From assembly GCA_026967815.1 (NCBI GenBank), contig JAPUUO010000003.1, forward strand, positions 1-39,438: a DNA stretch of 39,438 nt. Direction: 5' to 3'. Below are positions 27,687 to 37,598 of the stretch, piece by piece (position 1 is the first letter of the stretch; each line of letters begins with the position of its first letter). A program made the position numbers and the translations under genes. The notes below the pieces were generated by a model that saw only the letters and a list, made by a program, of their open reading frames with translations, made no database searches and had not been told where the DNA came from. This DNA comes from Candidatus Bathyarchaeota archaeon. Its GTDB lineage: Archaea; Thermoproteota; Bathyarchaeia; Bathyarchaeales; Bathyarchaeaceae.

Positions 27687-28505
27687 TTAGCTTGGAACGA
27701 TTCCGATTCTAGTTACCGAGATGTCTCTTCTTTCAAGTTCTTGGATTAGCGGATTTATGCCAACAGAGTCGCTTGCGATATGCCCAGTGATTATTAGATT
27801 TCCGACGTTATCCGTCTTCAGTTTTCTTAAATCCACAGGGCTTATGTGAATGTAAACTACTGTGCCGACGCCGTGTTCAAAGTATGTTTTTGCGATTTCG
27901 TAACCTCCGTTTGTTCCAGCTCCATGGGAGACCACAACCTTTCCAGCTGCATTTTCAGGTTTTCCGAGTCTAATCTTGATTTTTGTCATTGCATTCTTGA
28001 ATTCAGCTAGTTCTTCTAGCGCGGAAACAACATCTTGAACCACGGAGTCTTTCCCGATTTTTCGCTTAATCTGATCATTCATTCTTTGTCGTCCTATCTC
28101 GTCTAGGGGAGTGTGTATGTTCATATAAGGCATTTTCAGAAGCTTCGCAACTTCAACTGCATGAGCATAGTTTCGCATATGCATCTCAACTTCCAAAGCC
28201 ATGAGTTTCTCTTGAACCGTTTTTTTCGCTTCCTCTTCTGGAATGCCCGCAGCAACCATTTGCTGAATGTGTCGCTTGAAAACTTTGTGAAAGTCTACAA
28301 CGGCGCTTACACCCTGTGGGTGATGAGCGATCACAGCATCGAAGCCCAACTCTTTTGCCAGTAGAAGCTCAGGAACACCCGCATCAACGCCGAAAAAGAT
28401 TTTCTTGATATCTACACCACTCACATATATAGCACTGTCTTCGGGGATCGACTTTAATCCCGCAAGCTTCAAAGATAATTTCATAATATCTTCAGTGTTG
28501 ACCAT
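27687..28505 (-). CDS. NIF3/YbgI-like dinuclear metal-centre protein
   Basis: GVD, IAHHP, NIHTPLD, TGHIASD. Confidence 0.72.
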   Translation of the reverse strand: MVNTEDIMKLSLKLAGLKSIPEDSAIYVSGVDIKKIFFGVDAGVPELLLAKELGFDAVIAHHPQGVSAVVDFHKVFKRHIQQMVAAGIPEEEAKKTVQEKLMALEVEMHMRNYAHAVEVAKLLKMPYMNIHTPLDEIGRQRMNDQIKRKIGKDSVVQDVVSALEELAEFKNAMTKIKIRLGKPENAAGKVVVSHGAGTNGGYEIAKTYFEHGVGTVVYIHISPVDLRKLKTDNVGNLIITGHIASDSVGINPLIQELERRDISVTRIGIVPS

Positions 28506-28892
28506 TTTTCATGTTCCCAGACATTAGGTTATTCAAAGAAACAGAAACCATAACTCTAATAAATGTTCATTCTTGAATCAAGTTCTAAGCAATACAAAAT
28601 GCGCGGTTTGCATTTTAATAGCAACTTCACGATTTTTTCACAGTCAGATTTCTACGTCCGCGACACTGTGATTCGGCGACAGCTTGCTCGCTCCGAACAA
28701 ACATATTAAATAAATATATCCTTGACACTTAGGAAGCTTTTTAGGTGAAGTTGCTAGAATCACAGAGGCACGCGTAATAAGGAATGACAATTTTTGAACA
28801 CTATTAGATTGTGTCCTGGCGCCTTTTCTTCGAGACGGCAAACCGAGTCAGGGAAAAGGGGAAAGAAACAAAACACTACGTGTTAGGAGTGG

Positions 28893-29207
28893 ATGGTGAA
28901 TATGCGAAGATCAAAGCTAGAAATGTATGTTGACATCCTTAAGGTTCTGACTCATCATGGACCGCTAAAGCTAACTCACATCATGTATAAGGCTAACGTA
29001 AACTGTAGTGTTCTAAAACGATCATTGGACTTCTTGATCCAGCAGAATCTCGTCGAAGAACAAACTGTGCACAAGAAGAAAAACAAAACAAAAACTGCTT
29101 ACGCGATAACGGAAAGAGGTAGAACCGTACTCAAATACTTTAGAGAACTGAAAAAGGCTTTGCCAATAACTGAAGGGGCAAACAAAATCCCAGTATTGTT
29201 GCTTTAA
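28893..29207 (+). CDS. Archaeal winged-helix transcriptional regulator
   Basis: RRSKLEMYVDIL, LTHIMYKANVN, Y.ITERG; alternative start 28902. Confidence 0.88.
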   Translation: MVNMRRSKLEMYVDILKVLTHHGPLKLTHIMYKANVNCSVLKRSLDFLIQQNLVEEQTVHKKKNKTKTAYAITERGRTVLKYFRELKKALPITEGANKIPVLLL

Positions 29208-29283
29208 GCCACACGAGCGTAAATCCCCATTTGTCTCCTAATTCTATAGCTAAACTCTAGGCTTCTTGCCTCCTTTTCGGTAT

Positions 29284-32200
29284 CTACATGCTTTCCTTTT
29301 TTAGAAGCAGTTCGCTCTGTAGATATCTCTGATTATACATCTTCGTTACCCTCAGAAAGCGTTCTAAACCTCTTTCAGTATCTTTCTCGTAGATGTTGAT
29401 CTGTCCTTCGAAGAGACCTAGAATCGCTTGAACATCTTCTGGGGAATGCATCTGAGGATTCATTACAGCTAGAGTAGTGAAGCCTTTTGATCTTAGGTTT
29501 GTAATGAATCCGGTTAGCCATCTCCTGGTTGAAACAGCGTGATGCTGGAGCAAAACGTCTGAAATGATTTCGATGCAAGCCCTTCTTGGCTCCCTTGGCA
29601 ATGCGCTCAACTTGCGGAAAGCCGAAGTCATGGCAATACTGATGTTAGTAAGGTTTTCTACGCCTCTTAGTTTGAAAACATTGGGTAGGCTTTTGATCAC
29701 TTTGTCAGCTTGAGGGTTGCATATGAAAAGATAGAGGCTTGACTCCAATTCTTCCAGCGCATTTACTCCACTCGCCTTTATGGTTACATAAAACGTGACT
29801 TGACCTTTTTTTGCTCCTGCTTCAAGAAATCTCTTAATCAGTAGCTCCTTTTCATCGCAGGAAGCTGAGGTGACTATCACTGCATAATTCTCAGGTATCC
29901 CTCCAAACAGCACGCAGTCAAGACTTTTGTACCCTGTCTCAACACGACCTGGAAGAGTAACCTCTGAAACGTTAATTACTACAGGTTCAGGTTCGCAGGA
30001 AATTTCGCTTCCAGTTTCATTCACATAGATAATTCGTGGCTTTATTGCAAACGTACCTTGGCTAAATGACCTAAGGATAAGCCTAACTTCTTCCGTTCTT
30101 AGTGGGTCAAGCTTCTTTCCCTTCATTTCAAGGCATGCGTTTTCAAGGTTACAGTACCCGGGTCTGGCAACGAGCTCGAAGCCTTGAGGGAGGATTCCTT
30201 CGACCTTAGTCAATAAAGCTGCTTCTTTTCCTACATTTGTAATCTGCATTTCCAAGTTGATGTTCTCTCCAGCTGTTGCCTTGGCCGAACTCAAGGAAAG
30301 GTTGGCTTCGATGGCAGCATGTTCAAACTTGTCCAAGCCAACGGCTTTTTCGTGAGTTGGAGTTGGTGTAGTGAAAGAGCTTGTCGTTGAAGCGACTGTC
30401 GGAGCTTGCAACACCTCGGTAAGCGACATGACAAGCTGTTGTTCTTCTTTGACGCTCTCCAGAAGCCTTTGAACTTCTTCACTTTTTTCAGGATATTTTG
30501 CCTTCATGTAGGAGCTAACTGAGGCTTGAAGAAGTTTTTGAGCCATCTGGTAGCACTTTGCTTTGGTTCTCAGATCCGTCTCTGTTTCGGCCCTGCTCAT
30601 GTAAACGTAGGCGTCGAAGAGCCTGTGAGTAGCTCTAGCATATTCCGAGGCGGATTTGAAGCCTGATTTGAGATAGCAGCTTGACGCAGCTTCTAGGTGT
30701 CTTTTAGCTATCGAATACTCTGCCATATTTCTTGTAATTTCAAATTCTGTTCCAGCTTCTAAAGCCTTACAAAAACTGCTGTTGGCCAGAGCCAATAGGC
30801 TTGTCTGTTTGTCAATCGTGTGTTCTTTAGCTGTTCTAAATAGTTCTGCTGCTTCTCCATACAATGTTGACGAAGCCTTTGCTTCTGCCATCATCATTTT
30901 CTGCCAGGCTTGGCAGAGATAGACTATGGGCAAAAGCTCCTTGCGGCTCTGCCCTGACTCGGCTTCTGCTATCTCCTGGAACATTTCTGCTGCTAACTTG
31001 TATCTTTTCGAACTCGCTATGCAATCACCCTGCCTGTCGTGGATCTTTCCCTCTTCTACCACAACTCGTCCAATACAATATGCTTTTCTAGTGTCTGAAG
31101 CTTTAATCAGCTTGCTAGCCAGGTTTTTTTCATCTGCATTCTCGATTCTTTCTAACTTGTCTCGCAGAGTCCTCTTAGCTTCACTGAAGAGCTCAGCTGC
31201 TTTTCGGAAGGCTTGTATGGCTTCTTGAGTCTTCTCACCTCTGCTTAAACCTTCACCGTGCTCCAGCTGGACCCAAGCAAGATAGTTTGCAGCAAGATGT
31301 TTCCAGGATTTGGAAGACTTGTGTAGACTGGAGACTTTCTCGTAATGCGTCATGGCCTGAAAATGCTCTTGTCTTGCGTGATGGTGCCTTGCTTTTTCGA
31401 TTTCGCTCCACGCCTGCATGTAACGGGTGTAGTCCAAGTAAAAACCCTTTAACCGTGGCAGTTTTTTGGCAGCAGCCTTGTAGCTTTCTGACGCTGCCTC
31501 GAAGCTTTCCGCAGATCCCATATAGTTTTGCAGCTTGTTGTGAGCTCTAGCTAGTTGCCAGTGACCCTCAGCAATGCGACTAGGTAATTCAGCTTTTTCA
31601 TATGCTTTGATGGCACCTTCAAAGATCTTTACCAGCCTACCTACAAGTTCGTAAGTGCCGGTTATCTGGTAAAGGCGACTGAGAATTCCCCCGAAGTCGA
31701 AGTAATATCCTCCTAGCACAGCGTGTTGTTCTCGACTTAAGATTTCGTGTCTCAAGCATAGATTTATGCATTTTTCAGCACTTTCAATTCCGTCTTCAAG
31801 AAGCTTTACTTTTAGTGTGCTATTCTCCTCTATCCTTGCCAGCTCAGCTTGTATCAAGGCTAGATAATGCGCGCGCACGCCCTGATTCCAGAAGAAATAT
31901 GGCATTGCTTGTTCTAGTGTTTTAATGTTTTCTTCTCTAAATTGAAGCGACTCTTTAAGAAGACGCTTTTTCACGTCTGCGTCTGTCTCCATGGTAGAAA
32001 GCAAAAACAGAGACTTGCCAAGTGGGTGAAGGATCAACCATGTAGCTCCTATAGAGCCTGAACGCCGCGCATGTTCCAAACCTTTTCTTCCAGCCTCGAT
32101 GGATCTTTTGAGGAGAACGCGTTTTTTTTCTGAGCTAGTTTCGACAAACTCGGCCAAAATATTGTAGTTTTCGGCGAGCCAACAGTAACTAGACGCTATC

Positions 32201-33216
32201 TCTTGATCATTGGAGATCAAGCTGAAATGACGTATAGCATCTTCGCTGTACCTCTGACACTTTTTGGATTCTTCTCTTTTCTTCTCTAGGTCTTCGTCTA
32301 CAAACATTTTCCAAGAGGTCGATGAAGCCAAACAATAGAATGCCCGTCCGATTAGATAGTTATCTCTTGTATCTATGCCGCATTGTAGTGCATTTTCAAA
32401 GTGCTTTGTTGCGGAATCTGGCTGGTCAGTGAACTCAGCGACAGTTGATCCTAACGAGATGTTTGACATGCCTAGAAGAAAGCGGTCGCCAATTTTTTCG
32501 GAAAGCTCTACTGCCTTTTTGGAATAGCTTAGAGCTTTCTGCTCATATTTCCTCTTCTTCTCTAATTCTAAGCCTGATGCTCCAGTGTTGTAATGAATGC
32601 TTACCGTGAAGTAGGCTCTAGCTAGCTCGTATTCTTCTCCCCGCTCAGAAAGTGCAGTTATCGCTTTTTCTCCATAGCTCAGAGCTTCCTTTAACATTTT
32701 CAGCCGTACATGTTTATCCCACTCCAGATTCAACCTATCGACTAGACACATACTTAGTTCGCTACAGGTTTTGCCCAAGCTGAGATGATCGCTTGTCCTT
32801 TTGTAGAATTTTAAGGCTTCCTTTTCAAGTTTCAAACATTCATCTAGCGATCTTTTCCGAGAAGCGAAATCTGGCTTTAAAAGAGAATTAACATATGTGG
32901 TGATAGCTTTACAATGACATATTTCAGCTTGCTTTTTTGGATCTTCAACTTTTTCTAAAAGCTCGGATGCTTGGATGTATGCATTTATAGCTTGAAGCAT
33001 ACGGTTCTTGAATTCCCGTAGATTCTTTGCTTGCATGGCCGCGCGATGATAACAGAAACCAATTCGCTCATAGATTTTCGCTCCTTCATAAAAATCGTTT
33101 CGCTCAAGTTCAACGATTAAAGCCTTTTTATAGGGCTCCAGGGCAGTAATCCAATTATACTTTTTCTCTTGCTTTTTTCCCTCAGCAAGAAGATCGTAGT
33201 TTCGACTTCTGGACAC
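29284..33216 (-). CDS. Large TPR/helical-repeat protein with Ig-like domain and C-terminal degenerate KaiC/RecA-like domain
   Basis: About 930 aa of Ala/Tyr/Glu/Lys helical repeats; ITNVGKE..LPQGF..PRIIY beta-sandwich; VETGYKSLDCVLFGGIP followed by a broken Walker A (TSASCDEK). Confidence 0.82.
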   Translation of the reverse strand: MSRSRNYDLLAEGKKQEKKYNWITALEPYKKALIVELERNDFYEGAKIYERIGFCYHRAAMQAKNLREFKNRMLQAINAYIQASELLEKVEDPKKQAEICHCKAITTYVNSLLKPDFASRKRSLDECLKLEKEALKFYKRTSDHLSLGKTCSELSMCLVDRLNLEWDKHVRLKMLKEALSYGEKAITALSERGEEYELARAYFTVSIHYNTGASGLELEKKRKYEQKALSYSKKAVELSEKIGDRFLLGMSNISLGSTVAEFTDQPDSATKHFENALQCGIDTRDNYLIGRAFYCLASSTSWKMFVDEDLEKKREESKKCQRYSEDAIRHFSLISNDQEIASSYCWLAENYNILAEFVETSSEKKRVLLKRSIEAGRKGLEHARRSGSIGATWLILHPLGKSLFLLSTMETDADVKKRLLKESLQFREENIKTLEQAMPYFFWNQGVRAHYLALIQAELARIEENSTLKVKLLEDGIESAEKCINLCLRHEILSREQHAVLGGYYFDFGGILSRLYQITGTYELVGRLVKIFEGAIKAYEKAELPSRIAEGHWQLARAHNKLQNYMGSAESFEAASESYKAAAKKLPRLKGFYLDYTRYMQAWSEIEKARHHHARQEHFQAMTHYEKVSSLHKSSKSWKHLAANYLAWVQLEHGEGLSRGEKTQEAIQAFRKAAELFSEAKRTLRDKLERIENADEKNLASKLIKASDTRKAYCIGRVVVEEGKIHDRQGDCIASSKRYKLAAEMFQEIAEAESGQSRKELLPIVYLCQAWQKMMMAEAKASSTLYGEAAELFRTAKEHTIDKQTSLLALANSSFCKALEAGTEFEITRNMAEYSIAKRHLEAASSCYLKSGFKSASEYARATHRLFDAYVYMSRAETETDLRTKAKCYQMAQKLLQASVSSYMKAKYPEKSEEVQRLLESVKEEQQLVMSLTEVLQAPTVASTTSSFTTPTPTHEKAVGLDKFEHAAIEANLSLSSAKATAGENINLEMQITNVGKEAALLTKVEGILPQGFELVARPGYCNLENACLEMKGKKLDPLRTEEVRLILRSFSQGTFAIKPRIIYVNETGSEISCEPEPVVINVSEVTLPGRVETGYKSLDCVLFGGIPENYAVIVTSASCDEKELLIKRFLEAGAKKGQVTFYVTIKASGVNALEELESSLYLFICNPQADKVIKSLPNVFKLRGVENLTNISIAMTSAFRKLSALPREPRRACIEIISDVLLQHHAVSTRRWLTGFITNLRSKGFTTLAVMNPQMHSPEDVQAILGLFEGQINIYEKDTERGLERFLRVTKMYNQRYLQSELLLKKESM

Positions 33217-33362
33217 TGCAATCCCTACATTATGTCGTAGATTTTAAGGCAAATAAGTATATGTTGAAGTTGAACAAACAAATCTGTTGCGATTTATGTT
33301 TTTAATGGGCTTTTTCTCTTGGAAAAAGAGGAAGAAAAAGATGAAAGCAAACAGAGTGTTAG

Positions 33363-33614
33363 CTATCCGGTTGCTGGGGGATGCTCATCAAGTCCGCACC
33401 AAACTTCAATGTCATGGAGACCATGCTCCATGAACAATTTGATAATTTGCCTAACGTCTGCGCCATCAAAGTAAGCTATTGTACTATAAGGCCCATTGAT
33501 AACATGAACATGTATGGTACCAGCACCCTGGTATGAATCTTGAATGCGTTGCGCGCGCGTGTTGAGTGTTTTCCAATCGGTGCCCTTCGCCACAACGAAA
33601 CCATGCCGCGTCAA
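33363..33614 (-). CDS. Hypothetical protein
   Basis: 83 aa, AGGTGA SD before TTG, pyrimidine-rich terminator-like tract downstream. Confidence 0.6.
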   Translation of the reverse strand: MTRHGFVVAKGTDWKTLNTRAQRIQDSYQGAGTIHVHVINGPYSTIAYFDGADVRQIIKLFMEHGLHDIEVWCGLDEHPPATG

Positions 33615-33793
33615 AAAATCACCTTTTAAACCATAAATTGCTTATACCTTGATTTAAAACTTTTCGTTCTTCAGAAAATTTTACAGAAAACAAACATTGA
33701 GGTGATATATTCGAGTTAATGATGCGTAAAATCAGGGCTGACCTCTGTTACACAAACGCTTGCATGATACGGATTTTTCGCGCGCGCACCTGC

Positions 33794-33898
33794 AGGATAG
33801 CAAAGATGCCTGAAATTAATTAAACAACTCATAGAAGCAGGCTTTGACGACGTAACCAAAAAAAAGACGACCGAATCTGCTTTTGCGAGCGTAAATAG
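33794..33898 (+). pseudogene. Decayed integrase-like C-terminal fragment
   Basis: With two frameshifts it reads RIAKMPE/LIKQLIEAGFDDVTKK/DDRICFCERK*, resembling the recalled archaeal tyrosine-recombinase tail L.E.GFEYV...D....FRKRK. Confidence 0.55.
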
Positions 33899-34008
33899 AA
33901 TCGCCACCTTCATGATAATACCAACGAAAAATAAGTCTATAAGTTTATATTATATTAGCACTTTTTGTGTATGATACCCCCTAGACCCGACCTGGACGAT
34001 GGAAACAG

Positions 34009-34524
34009 ATGCCGAAAATGGTAAATATCTGTAATTTCTGCCTCAAAAGCGGAATCCTCTGCTCCAAATGCCAAGCTAGGGTCAGGCTAGGTGAAATCAC
34101 AAAAACAGATTTGGAAATTGGACGCTTGCTCATTTCGCTTGAAAGCACGTATCCGTCTTTACAAGACATCTACTTCTACAAAGCAATCGAATACGACGAT
34201 GTTCTGGCCCTAGTTGTCGGCAGAGGCGACGTAGCCCGCCTGCTGAGTTATGGCGGCAAAATCCTACGAGCTGTGAGAAATAAGACTGGAAAGACCATTC
34301 GCGTGTTGGAATACGGCGTAGATGACAGAAAATTTCTCGAAGACTTGTTTGCGCCGTCTAGCATCCTCACAATAAACACAATCTGGCTACCCGACGGAAC
34401 AACCGAAACCCGCGTAATATTAAAGAAAAGGGGACGAAGAATACCTCCCTTCCACATTGAAGCCTTGAAACAAATTGCCCGAGAAGCCCGAGGAATGACC
34501 CTACGAGTAGAGTTTTCATACTAG
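34009..34524 (+). CDS. NusA-like KH-domain protein with N-terminal Cys cluster
   Basis: ICNFCLKSGILCSKC, KH-like GGK, IWLPDGT; directly upstream of aspS. Confidence 0.8.
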   Translation: MPKMVNICNFCLKSGILCSKCQARVRLGEITKTDLEIGRLLISLESTYPSLQDIYFYKAIEYDDVLALVVGRGDVARLLSYGGKILRAVRNKTGKTIRVLEYGVDDRKFLEDLFAPSSILTINTIWLPDGTTETRVILKKRGRRIPPFHIEALKQIAREARGMTLRVEFSY

Positions 34525-34541
34525 CAGGGGAAAGCTTCTAG

Positions 34542-35861
34542 ATGAAGACAGACCCACTGGGAGATTGGCGGCGAACTCACTATTCAATTGAGATATTACC
34601 TCGACTAGATGGAAACGAAGTTATCGTCTTCGGCTGGGTTCAAGACATCCGAGACCTCGGCGGCATACGCTTTCTGATACTGCAAGACCGTGAGGGAAGT
34701 GTGCAAGTTACAGTTCCTCGTAAAGTAATCAGTGAACAAATCGCAGAAAAGGCAGAAGCCATCCAGAGGCAGTACAGCATCGGCGTCAAGGGGACAGTCA
34801 AGCGGACCGAAATGACTCCGCGAAAAGTCGAGATAATTCCAAAAGAAATTCGTATACTTGGGGTGGCACAGCACCCGCTTCCATTAGACGTTACAGGACG
34901 AACCCCGGCCAAAATAGATGTACGCCTAGACGCTCGAGCTCTTGACCTATGCCAGCAAGAAAATCGAGCAGTGTTTAAGATTCAACATGCAACACTACGC
35001 GCAACACGAGACTTTCTGTCAGAAAAAGGCTTTCTAGAAGTTCACACCCCGCGAATAATCGCAACAGCAACTGAAGGCGGAGCAGCACTTTTCCCAGTTG
35101 AATACTTCGAGAACAAAGCGTTCTTGGCTCAAAGTCCCCAATTATATAAGGAAGAGCTTGTTTTAGGATTAGAAAAAGTGTTCGAAATCGGCCCTTTCTT
35201 TCGAGCTGAAGAGTCACATACTCGACGACACATAAGCGAGTTCATATCAGTCGACATCGAACAAGCCTTCGCTTCAGCCGAAGATGTAATGCGAGTCCTC
35301 GAACACCTGGTGCATCATGTCTGCAAAAATGTAAAGGAAAAATGCAAAGGCGAACTTGAAATCTTAAAGCATGATTTCGAAGTGCCAAAACTCCCATTTA
35401 AACGCCTCACTTACGACGAAATCCTCCAGGAATTAAAAAACGAAAAAGTTGAAGCTCCATGGGGCGAAGACATTCCCACACCAGCCCTAAGAACCTTGGG
35501 TAAGTTTCATCATTACTTCTACTTCATCACAGATTGGCCGACAACAGCAAGAGCATTTTACATAAAGACGAAAAGCGACAATCCAAAACTAACTGAAGGA
35601 TTCGACCTGATGTGGCACTGGATAGAACTCGCATCGGGAGGAACCCGTGTCCCAACAAAAGACCTACTTATTGAACGGCTAAAGGAATGTGAGTTGAACC
35701 CGAAATCTTTTAGACATCACCTAAAAACCTTCGACTACGGCATGCCACCACACGCAGGCTGGGCCATCGGACTAGAACGGTTAACGATGATGCTAACCGG
35801 AAGAAAAAACATAAGAGAAGTTGTTTTGTTTCCCAGAGATCGCTTTAGACTTACACCTTAG
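34542..35861 (+). CDS. aspS: Aspartyl-tRNA synthetase, archaeal type, probably non-discriminating (Asp/Asn)
   Basis: OB-fold GWVQDIRDLGG, TEGGA, LAQSPQLYKE, motif 2 FRAE.S.T.RH, motif 3 GMPPHAG..IGLERL, FPRD; Pro in the L1 loop (MTPRK). Confidence 0.96.
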   Translation: MKTDPLGDWRRTHYSIEILPRLDGNEVIVFGWVQDIRDLGGIRFLILQDREGSVQVTVPRKVISEQIAEKAEAIQRQYSIGVKGTVKRTEMTPRKVEIIPKEIRILGVAQHPLPLDVTGRTPAKIDVRLDARALDLCQQENRAVFKIQHATLRATRDFLSEKGFLEVHTPRIIATATEGGAALFPVEYFENKAFLAQSPQLYKEELVLGLEKVFEIGPFFRAEESHTRRHISEFISVDIEQAFASAEDVMRVLEHLVHHVCKNVKEKCKGELEILKHDFEVPKLPFKRLTYDEILQELKNEKVEAPWGEDIPTPALRTLGKFHHYFYFITDWPTTARAFYIKTKSDNPKLTEGFDLMWHWIELASGGTRVPTKDLLIERLKECELNPKSFRHHLKTFDYGMPPHAGWAIGLERLTMMLTGRKNIREVVLFPRDRFRLTP

Positions 35862-35940
35862 CATCAAAATATCTGCATTCAAAATTGGCGATGAATAATC
35901 TCAAGAAGACATGCTCGCGTATACAGCGCATAGCATCAAA

Positions 35941-36385
35941 TTAGGGCCTCTGCCGCCACGCGCGCACAGTTTCATACCACATAACTCTTGTGCTAAGTAT
36001 GCCCAGAATTATCGCAAAGACACTGTAGAAATCTACTTGCCTGAATTGAGTCAAGAAAAAAACCAGCAGGGTCGTAAACATGCTAGCATATAGCAAGCAA
36101 CGTGGAAACATGAAGGTGCCGAAGCGGACGAACTGTTTTGGAACTCCAATATTCACGGCTTTAACTAGCCGATACTCTCCACGTATTTTTTTCTACTAGC
36201 CCCAACTCTGTGAGTTTGTCCAAATGATAAACAGCAAGTGCTGGACTTGAAAATCCTAAAGCGCGTTGAGTCCCCCTAACTCCTACAACGCCATTTTCTG
36301 CTCGCAGTAGGAACCAGTAAACCTTAAGCGTGTTGCCACGAAGAACATTAGCAACGTCTTCATTCTTGAACGTAAATTTCCCCAA
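35941..36385 (-). pseudogene. Membrane-anchored wHTH protein split by a +1 frameshift in an A7 run (36186-36192)
   Basis: Removing one A joins ORF 36161..36385 (HTH, QRALGFSSPALAVYHLDKL) to 35941..36156 (2 TM) as GLVEKIRGEYRLVKAVNIGVPKQF. Confidence 0.78.
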
Positions 36386-36524
36386 GATCCTGATCCAAGC
36401 ATACTTGCAATAGGTTAGGCTGAAACTTGTTAAAAGAATTACCCGTTAGCGTTAAACATAGAGAAACCTCCTAGTGTTTTCCCCGTCTTTTGCAAGCGCG
36501 TTATTCTAACTTTTCAACCAATTA

Positions 36525-36576
36525 TTACCAAAAAGTAACGTTTATATATTACTGGATAGTAATTACGTTATGGTAA
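36525..36576 (+). promoter_or_regulatory. TATA box flanked by three TTAC-N6-GTAA palindromic operator sites
   Basis: 36525-36538, 36549-36562 and 36563-36576 around TTTATATA (36541-36548). Confidence 0.75.
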
Positions 36577-36592
36577 CAAGAGGCGAGATTGT

Positions 36593-37006
36593 ATGAAACT
36601 GAAGCTGCAACTAGTTCGCGACGGAGAAGTATTATTTGACATCTCCATTTCTCCTACGGACTGGCCAAGAGAGCAGCTGGAAAACGAATTAGAGGCTTTA
36701 GAAGATGACTTTCAAAGATTTTCAAAGATTTTTGATGCCTTGTGCCATGAGACCCGCTTGAGGATGATGAAACGACTCATGGAGGAAGAAGACCGCACAA
36801 TAAACTTTGCAGATTTCATGCGGGACCTAAATTTGAATCCCAAAATTGTTTGGGAAAACGCCAAAAAACTCAGAGAAGGGGGGCTCTTAGAAAAGGTCGA
36901 CAGGGGAATATATCGTTGTTCAGATTTTGGGCAGAGAAGATTCATTCTGATAAGCTTCGCATTTAGGCGTCTAGTAGAGGCTCTGGAAGAAATGGAAAAC
37001 TACTAG
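36593..37006 (+). CDS. ArsR-like winged-helix regulator, probable heat-shock operon regulator
   Basis: FDALCHETRLRMM, LREGGLLEK..RGIY; first gene of the hsp20 operon. Confidence 0.8.
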   Translation: MKLKLQLVRDGEVLFDISISPTDWPREQLENELEALEDDFQRFSKIFDALCHETRLRMMKRLMEEEDRTINFADFMRDLNLNPKIVWENAKKLREGGLLEKVDRGIYRCSDFGQRRFILISFAFRRLVEALEEMENY

Positions 37007-37020
37007 GGAGGTGAAAAATA

Positions 37021-37593
37021 ATGTCATCTGACGAATTTGGAGAATTTGATGTGTTCAAAAGCGACCTCAAGAAGATAATTCAGAGAATGATGAGCGAGAT
37101 TAAGAATGCGACAAAAAACGGGAACCTCAAAGGCAAATGGGAGATCAACGAAATTGATAGAGACGGTGTAAAAGGATACAGTATTCAGGGACGCTTTGGA
37201 CCAGGTCAACCCTGGAAGCCGCTTGATCCCTTTAATCCCTTTGAACCACAGAATCCTATGAGGCCCCGACCAGGGCCGCAAAGACCATTTGAAGTTCCAC
37301 CGAGTGCTTTGAAAGAGACCAGCGAACCGCTTACGGATGTCTTCGAGGACGAGAAGATGATAAAGATCTATTTTGAAGTGCGAGGTGAAGATAAGAATGA
37401 TATACGATTGAATGTCACCGCAGGCAAGGTTGAGGTTAAGGCTAAAAACTTTTACAAGATGATTAACCTGCCGACAAGTAATATCATACTTGAAAAAGCA
37501 TCGTCAAAGTGCAAGAACGGTGTGCTTGAAGTAATAATTCCAAAGAAAGAGAAGACTCTTGAAAACGATGCGCGCAAGATAAATATCGACTAA
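37021..37593 (+). CDS. hsp20: Archaeal small heat-shock protein Hsp20
   Basis: EPLTDVFE, FYKMINLP, KNGVLEVIIPK, terminal IxI (KINID); GGAGGTGA SD. Confidence 0.9.
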   Translation: MSSDEFGEFDVFKSDLKKIIQRMMSEIKNATKNGNLKGKWEINEIDRDGVKGYSIQGRFGPGQPWKPLDPFNPFEPQNPMRPRPGPQRPFEVPPSALKETSEPLTDVFEDEKMIKIYFEVRGEDKNDIRLNVTAGKVEVKAKNFYKMINLPTSNIILEKASSKCKNGVLEVIIPKKEKTLENDARKINID

Positions 37594-37598
37594 TTTCA

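Noticed and set aside
28830-28852. c-di-GMP-I riboswitch suggested by GGCAAACC
   Set aside because: The GNRA-capped P2, GACGCAAAG junction and P3 are missing.
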